In this document: positions 54,731 to 64,000 of the stretch, piece after piece
How positions within the stretch are numbered: the stretch's first letter is position 1
Layout of the letters: every line of letters starts with the position of its first letter
Source of the DNA: Eledone cirrhosa
Taxonomy: Eukaryota
Direction of reading: 5' to 3'
Assembly (NCBI GenBank): GCA_964016885.1
Contig: OZ024741.1
Coordinates: forward strand, 306,776,001 to 306,840,000
DNA: 64,000 nt
Translations under genes and position numbers: made by a program
The notes under the pieces: generated by a model
What the model was told of the DNA's origin: nothing
Seen by the model: the letters and a program-made list of their open reading frames with translations, nothing else
The model's database searches: none

Positions 54731-57293
54731 TCTAAACTATAATAAAGTAAGGACTGCGAGACTGCATACGGTTTATTCTTTTAATCCAGTTAGTAAAATA
54801 AGTTGGATTACTTTGAATAAATAATGAATGAATGTTACATAACTTATGTACTAAATTTCGTAAACATTAATAATTTAAAATTGACTTCTTTTCAAAGTTT
54901 CATTCACATTTCTACACTTCCGGTATATCGTTGCCAACACCACCACTTCAACTACCATATATATAGAAAGAGAGAGCGTGTGATGAGAGAGATAGAGAGA
55001 TTATGATTTTCTACACGCTGACGCGTATGAGTGTGCACATACATACATCTCTATGTATGAGTATATAACTATAATCACGCAAACACAAACTTATAAAAAT
55101 AGACGCTCACAGACATATTTTCAGATAAATATACATACATTCACACATACTTTCACCCAAACATACATACATTCACACATATACATTTACACAAACACAT
55201 ACATAGTCATGATAGCAGCGTTCGGTGAATTGGAAATGGGAGGGTAAAACAAGTATAACGTTTTATTTATTCATTAACTCTTTATTTATTTATTAACTTT
55301 TTTTTAAAAACTCATTTCATATAATGGTTACAGAACGAAAACACTAACAAATATAATTGTTTCTACTTTTGGCACAAGGCCAGCAATTACCCCAGTGTAT
55401 TACTGGTACTTTATTTTATCGACTCCATAAGGATAAAAGGCATAGTTCACTTCAGTGGCATTTGAACTCAGACATTTGAACTCGGTGGCATTTGAACACA
55501 AAGCATGGCAACCGACCCTCTACTGATACTGCCAATCCACCACCCTTTTAATAATTGTTTCTACTTTTGGCACAAGGCCAGCAATTATCCCAGTGCATTA
55601 CTGGTACTTTATTTTATCAACCCCATAAGGATGAAAGGAAAAGTTAACCTCAACAGGATTTGAACTCAGATCGTAAAGGGACGTAAATATGTTGGAAAGC
55701 ATGGCGTCTGACCCTCTACCGATACTGCCAATTCAATATAATATATACAAAGGAAAGGGAAAGGAAAAAAAGAAAGAGAAAAATACACAAGCACATAATA
55801 CACACATCTTAGACCACATAGAACAAAATGCAGGCGAAAGAATTGAAAAACGAGCTGCTACTAGAGCAAAAGATAGCAATATAGCGAGAAGCACTGGGAA
55901 ACTTCTCTAATAATTTTTTAGGCAACCCAGCACAGTCGCAGCGTTACCTAGAGTGATGGCGACGCTGGAACAACCAAGTGCCCTCACAAGCATCACCAGT
56001 TACCTCTATTTGGTGAGCCGCCAGTGAAGATAAGAATCTCGCTGTCAGTAGCCCGACTCCCCCAAACGTTCGAATGCCACAGGCTGGATAATATAGTTAG
56101 CTGACAGAACACGGTATTTTAGGATTTTGTTTCATTCAGTTGTGGATGCTGTAGCCCTCGCCCTTACCTTTGCATCCAGAATGTGGGAAGTAGCAAAAAT
56201 TCACTAACTGTGACGTACTAGGTAAGGCACCTGCCTCTTGACCAGGAGCACAGAGTAAGACCGTCAAGTCTTTTCCCATCAATTGAGGACAACCCAGATG
56301 GTTCCAAAATTGAGGGGATGTTTGCCCGGGCCAAAGCTCTTGAGTGGTAATAGGACAGTGTGTGTATGTGCGCGCGCGTGAGTTTATCGGTGTTCTTAAA
56401 TTAGAGACACGTGTGTGTCACTGTTTTTAAGTTAGAGACAAATATGTGTGTATCCCTTTCCTTCCTTTTACACACACATACACATTGCATGATGGACGGG
56501 TGGACAGAAGTCCCTCAAATTTATATACATATGAATGGAGTTCTACTGAAGCAGTTAGAGAAGTTCAAGTATCTTGGAGCCGTGTTCAAGAGTGATGGAA
56601 TGCAGGAGGCTGAATTAAGTGCAAGAATTGCAGAAGCTGATGCAGTAATGTGCCAGCCTCAGCATTCAGCAATCAGATGAAGGGGAGTAGGTGTAAAAGC
56701 CAAACTCACTGTCTTCCTGATATTCCTGCCAACTCTTACTGAGGGTCATGAATCTTGAGTAATGACCAAAAGAATACAATTGCAAATAAAAGTGTCAGAA
56801 ATAGGATTCCTCCGAAGGGTCTTTGGAGTAATGTTACTCGATAAAGTGTATAGTTCAGAGACCAGAGAGTCACTCCTGGTAGAGCCGCTACTTCTCTGAA
56901 TTGAGAGATCACAACTCCGATATTATGAGCATGTGGTTAGAATGTCTCAGTAAAGAATCGCTGGACACATTTTACAGGCAAAACCAACCGGCAAGAGACC
57001 CAGGGGTAGACCCTGAGCAAGATAGTTGGATAATATCCATGAGCTTGGCTGGTCACGCTTTGGGATCCAGCTGGATCAGTTACAGATGTTTGCTACTGAC
57101 AGACTCCCTGGAAGGAGTGTTTGAGAAGGACTCTGTCCCCCACGACCCTCTCAGAAATAAGTGGGTGAAGAAGATATTGTCAATTTACTTTTCTATTTAC
57201 ATATATCTATATGCATATATATTTGAGTATAATACCAATATGCACACCACATAAGCTAGCAGAAAACCACCCGAAGGGCGGTTTTTCTGCCAG
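54731..57293 (+). mobile_element. Non-autonomous Helitron of the same family as 41629-51419, inserted in module A; carries SINEs (55354-55730) and a LINE fragment (56520-57175)
   Basis: 5' end TCTAAACTATAATAAAG..GACTGCAT..GTAAAATAAGTTGGATTACTTTGAATAAATAATGAATG matches the reverse complement of 51280-51419; 3' hairpin CTAGCAGAAAACCACCCGAAGGGCGGTTTTTCTGCCAG; A^T target. Confidence 0.9.
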
Positions 57294-57342
57294 TTGTAAT
57301 AGCAATTGATGATAACGTCAAGCTGATATATGGTAGTACTTT
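57294..57342 (-). CDS. Pacifastin/VWC-like repeat gene, module A, 5' half of an exon split by a Helitron (ESTTIYQLDVIINCYYN)
   Basis: Acceptor ttttttcag|AA, phase 1. Reads into Cys1-Y-Y and joins exactly, via codon AA^T, to 54730 when the insertion 54731-57293 is removed. The restored exon is 171 nt. Confidence 0.8.
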
Positions 57343-57768
57343 CTGAAAAAATGTTTTCTACTTAAAAAAAAGACAATTCATTGGAATCTTCGATACCATA
57401 ATTTATTTTTGGTGATTAAAGCATTGACTTGGTGTGAAAAGACCAAGTTTTGCACCTACAAAGTTCTTCTCTGAAGCACAAGCCTAAGTAAGGTGTTTTT
57501 CGTCTATACATATTAGACTGCTCCTTCCACACAACCAATGTTAACCAAGAGAAAGGCTAAGGATGATAGAGCTTATCATTAGTGATGTCACGACAAATTT
57601 CTGCAGCTGAGTGAACTAGAGCAACGTGAAATAAAGTGTCTTGCACAAGAATGCAACACATGACCTGGTAAAAGAATCAAATACCCAGCCTCAAGAATGT
57701 GGATCCAATGCTCTAAACACTAAGCCAGTCACCTTAATATATATAGATACATATATTTATACACACAA

Positions 57769-57800
<32 letters not shown>

Positions 57801-58065
57801 GTATATATGATGATGATGATATAGCTTTATTATATATATAAATGACTTCTACAGAACAAAAATTATTTCATTCATATGATAATTCATTCCTGATGATTTT
57901 CACACAAATATAACAGTGCAAGACATATAGAAGACATTTCGATATATAATAAAAATGCCTGTATTCTACCAACATATATTTTTACTGTGGTTACACCCCA
58001 ACACCACATGGAAACATACAAACACACTCACAAATATATGTGTATGTGTACAAGTATACAATATA

Positions 58066-60015
58066 TCTATAATATAAAGCTGACGGCCGTATGTATGTAA
58101 CAAACTTTTCGCCAAACGGCTGGACCAAATAGCACCATGTTTGCACCATAGATGTAACTTTTTCCAAGTAAAAAAGGAGGGTATTCTTCTCTACTGAATT
58201 TTGTTAAAAGATTAAAGACATTATTTAAATATACACTTCTTTAAAATTTCAAATGTCAACACTTCCGGTTATACAACATTCCTCACTTTTTCTTAGTCTG
58301 TCTTTTTAGATAGATACATAGCTATAATGTCGCACCCTTATAATATGTCTCTGTATGCCTGGCTGTCTGCATTAGATAACGTTTTTCGAAATATTTACTT
58401 CTGCGTTCACAGATTTGATTTTTTTAGTTTCAGAAGATTCCGTTAAGGGTGAAAGCAGCTATTATTTGCTTAAACTTTAATCTGTATTAATTCGTGTACA
58501 GATAGTTTTGCATACACAAAAACAAAAACCTATTTATTTCACGAAAGCACAGACGGCTTATCGTCATTGTTACTGCCGATATGCCACCCAAAAAGTCCCA
58601 GCCTGGCCACAAGATCAGATTTTCCAGTAGAATAAATGTTACTAGATCAAGAGAGTCTGAAGATGATCAATATTTGTTTGCCTACAGTAATCAACATGTC
58701 ACAGATTTTATATCAGGTCAACAATGTTAACCTGTACATTAATTGTTCTGGTAAGTATATATAAATGTGTTTCATCAAACAGCGCTATCAACAGTTCAGT
58801 TCAGCTATCAATAGAAAGCTTCTCCATGCGCTTCCACATTAGATTTTTGTCGAACTGACCATTGATCGTTTAACAGTGCATCTTGAGCCCCAATCTTTCG
58901 GCACAACAAAATATTTGATTCCAAAATGGACTTTTCCAAAGGTATCTCCTTTAAAAGTAAATAGATTTGCCGTGTTTCAACCAAAGAATATGAATCAGAC
59001 ATACAACAGTTTCATTTGTCACGATATTTTCAGTTTTTTCTACAGATATTCGGTAAAACTGTAGAACTTCAGAGGTATCATTTTGCACAGCGCCTACTTG
59101 AGCTTGGAAGAGGGACAAGTGCTGGCGATGGACTCATTGATGTGGATCGAATTAGAATGGTCGTCCAGACAGAAGAAGAACTTTCATCCAAAGTCTTCCC
59201 ACGGCTGTCTGAGAATTTTACTTGCCGTGATTGGCTCTGTGAAAGAGCAATACTTGCACCAAGAAATGACAGTGTCAGAGACATCAACGATAGGCTGCTT
59301 AAGCAGATCCCCAGGCCTGTTTACACATACCAATCAATCGATTGTGTGGTTGACACAAATGTGGCAGTTCAATACCCAGTGGAATTTTTGAACGCTCTTG
59401 ATTTTCCAGGAGTTCCTCCACACAGGTTGGAGTTAAAGCTTGGTGCCCCTATCCTCCTGCTGCGAAATCTGGACCTACCAAAGCTCTGCAATGGCACACG
59501 ACTTGCAGTGAAGCAGATGCTGCGTCATGTCATTGAAGCCACAATCATGACTGGAGTTGGTAGGGGAGAAGATGTATTTATTCCTCGCATCCCGTCACTG
59601 CCAGCCGACTTACCCTTTGGGTTCAAGCGACTTCAGTTTCCAATAAGACTAAGCTTCGCAATTACCATCAACAAAGCTCAGGGTCAAACCCTACAAGTGG
59701 CTGGCCTTCATCTTGGAAAACCATGCTTCTCCTATGGTCATTTGTATGTAGGATGCTCTAGGGTGAACTCGCCAAACAATCTCTTCATCTTTGCTCCGGA
59801 GGGCCGAACAAAATATATTGTATACTCTGAGGCTCTAACAATGTAATTTAAATATTTTCTGTTACTTGCAATTTCCATTATGGTTGTACAAATTATTGTT
59901 TGTTAAAAAATGTGTTCTCTGTTCAGCCTTTATTGTTGTAACTATCAATTTTCTTGAACGTACTGGCTGCTGAACTGGGGAATCCTAAAAACTATTCAAA
60001 CCCAACATCAGAGCA
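58066..60015 (+). mobile_element. Internally deleted Helitron with the C-terminal half of a PIF1 helicase (ORF 59016-59846)
   Basis: TCTATAATATAAAG start; ERAILAPRN, LLRNL..LCNGTRL, FAITINKAQGQT and LYVGCSRV motifs. 3' end not found. Confidence 0.88.
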
Positions 60016-60017
60016 CG

Positions 60018-60034
60018 TTATATATATATATGTA

Positions 60035-60090
<56 letters not shown>

Positions 60091-60215
60091 TAGATAGATG
60101 CTGATATATATATATATATAGATATATATCAGCATCATCTACATATATATACACATATGCATATTACATATATATGTACATATATATATGTATATATATA
60201 TGTAAATATATATAT
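60018..60215. repeat. (TA)n-rich microsatellite
   Basis: Directly visible. Confidence 0.95.
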
Positions 60216-60647
60216 TAGAAAAGGGAAGTGAGGTTCTATACAAAACAGTGGGTATAGAGAAAAGATAAAGTTGGAAATAGCACGGGAGATATGTTTAAGG
60301 GTCTGGGTTTTTTTTCATTCGTCAAAGTGACATTATTGAAATGATAGTGTTATTAAAAAAAGAGGGACAATTCTTCTCTCCCCAAAATTCAAAAAATTGG
60401 CAAAAGTTAAGAGTTGAAATCCAAAAATTAAAAAATTAAAAAAGTTAAGAGAACTCTTCCAAAAAACGGCAAAAAATACCTTCCTATAAAAAAAATATAT
60501 ATACATGTTATACATATAAACAAATATATATACATGTTATATATATATATATATATAACATGTTCTAAGGGCTAATAAATGCTTCATTCATTCAATACTT
60601 TATATAAATATACATATATATATATTACATACATATATATTACATAT

Positions 60648-63111
<2,464 letters not shown>

Positions 63112-63339
63112 CAATTAAATAGCTCTAAGAAAAAAGCTTTTCCGAGCCGTAAGGATATTTACATATATATATATATATATATATATTTATTAAAATAACA
63201 GATTAAAGTTTAAGCAAAGAATCGCTGCTTTCACCCTTAACGGGATCTAATAAATATTTGCTCTTCGGTTCTTATATATTTGATATATATTTTCCTTATC
63301 GAGCCCTCTCTGGATTTTAGTCTTCAATTTTATTATTAT

Positions 63340-63374
<35 letters not shown>

Positions 63375-63619
63375 AATATCCTTACGATTCGAACACATGA
63401 ATGTTTATATTAGTGTTCATCTTTCTTGTTTGTTAAATTATATTGTACAGCTCGGAAAAGTTTTTTTCTTAGAGCTATTTAATTGTAAGAGACTACTCTG
63501 AGTTCTTAACTTAATATATATATATATGTAAATATATATATATAGATATATATTACATATATATATATATCACATGATGGCTGCAAACTCGTATTCAAGC
63601 ATTGCCATTGCCTGATAAA

Positions 63620-64000
63620 ATGTTAAAAAATGTGAGGCACGAATGTGGCTCTTTAAACCAGCCAAAAACTTGCACCCTCTGGCACATATATGGCAACTGT
63701 AGGCTCCTCCGGGATTTCTGTTGCTTTGTTCTGGCTGTGTCTCATGTGTCTTTTGAAACCTCCCTTGCTAACACATTCCGTACCACATTCTTTACACCTT
63801 TTCAGATCATAATCTACATAAGGTCTACTGATATGACTTTGTTCGTGTCTAGTCAAATCAGCTTTACTCAAGAAGACTCAACCACAGTGCTGGGCAAACT
63901 AGATGATGTTCAACAGCAGGCAGTTTAGAACAGTCTCCTTTCCTTACCTTCCATTTCAGTGTAAGGTGTCCTCTCCGATGAGTTTCAAAGTGTTCACTAC
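63620..64000 (-). mobile_element. Decayed C-terminus with three C2H2 zinc fingers, probably the 3' end of a LINE ORF
   Basis: Across frameshifts: C.QHCG*VFLSKADLTRHEQSH, CKECGTECVSKGGFKRHMRH and CHICARGCKFLAGLKSHIRASH, preceded by FETHRR..LKWKVRK; no TGEKP linkers. Confidence 0.6.

Noticed and set aside
57256-57293. GC hairpin plus T-run resembling a bacterial intrinsic terminator
   Set aside because: It is the Helitron 3' terminus, also present inverted at 41629-41665, in a eukaryotic context.
59016-59846. Cellular PIF1 helicase gene
   Set aside because: Intronless, N-terminally truncated and preceded by Helitron 5' repeat sequence.
63653-63871. Host C2H2 zinc-finger gene
   Set aside because: Frameshifts, a stop, no TGEKP linkers and an upstream basic helix fit a LINE C-terminus better.

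Overview
Eukaryotic, AT-rich, transposon-dense DNA that looks like a cephalopod (Octopus-like) genome, inferred from its tRNA-derived SINEs, RTE LINEs with (GAT)n tails and Helitrons. Hidden among the repeats is one minus-strand host gene spanning at least 6437-57342. It is built from 14 homologous modules, each in its own ~150-174 nt exon with phase 1 on both sides. Each exon encodes one six-cysteine domain, C-X18-C-N-X-C-X-C-X7-C-X4-C, resembling pacifastin protease inhibitors and the N-terminal half of a VWC domain, with a variable predicted reactive loop. Eleven exons are intact, two are decayed, and one is split by a non-autonomous Helitron whose ends could act as an in-frame GT-AG intron. 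The array is growing by tandem duplication of exon plus flanking intron; one duplicate preserves the empty site of a 9.8 kb autonomous-type Helitron. No start codon, signal peptide exon or clear last exon was identified, so the gene probably extends beyond the window. All exon boundaries were read by hand and have no transcript support.
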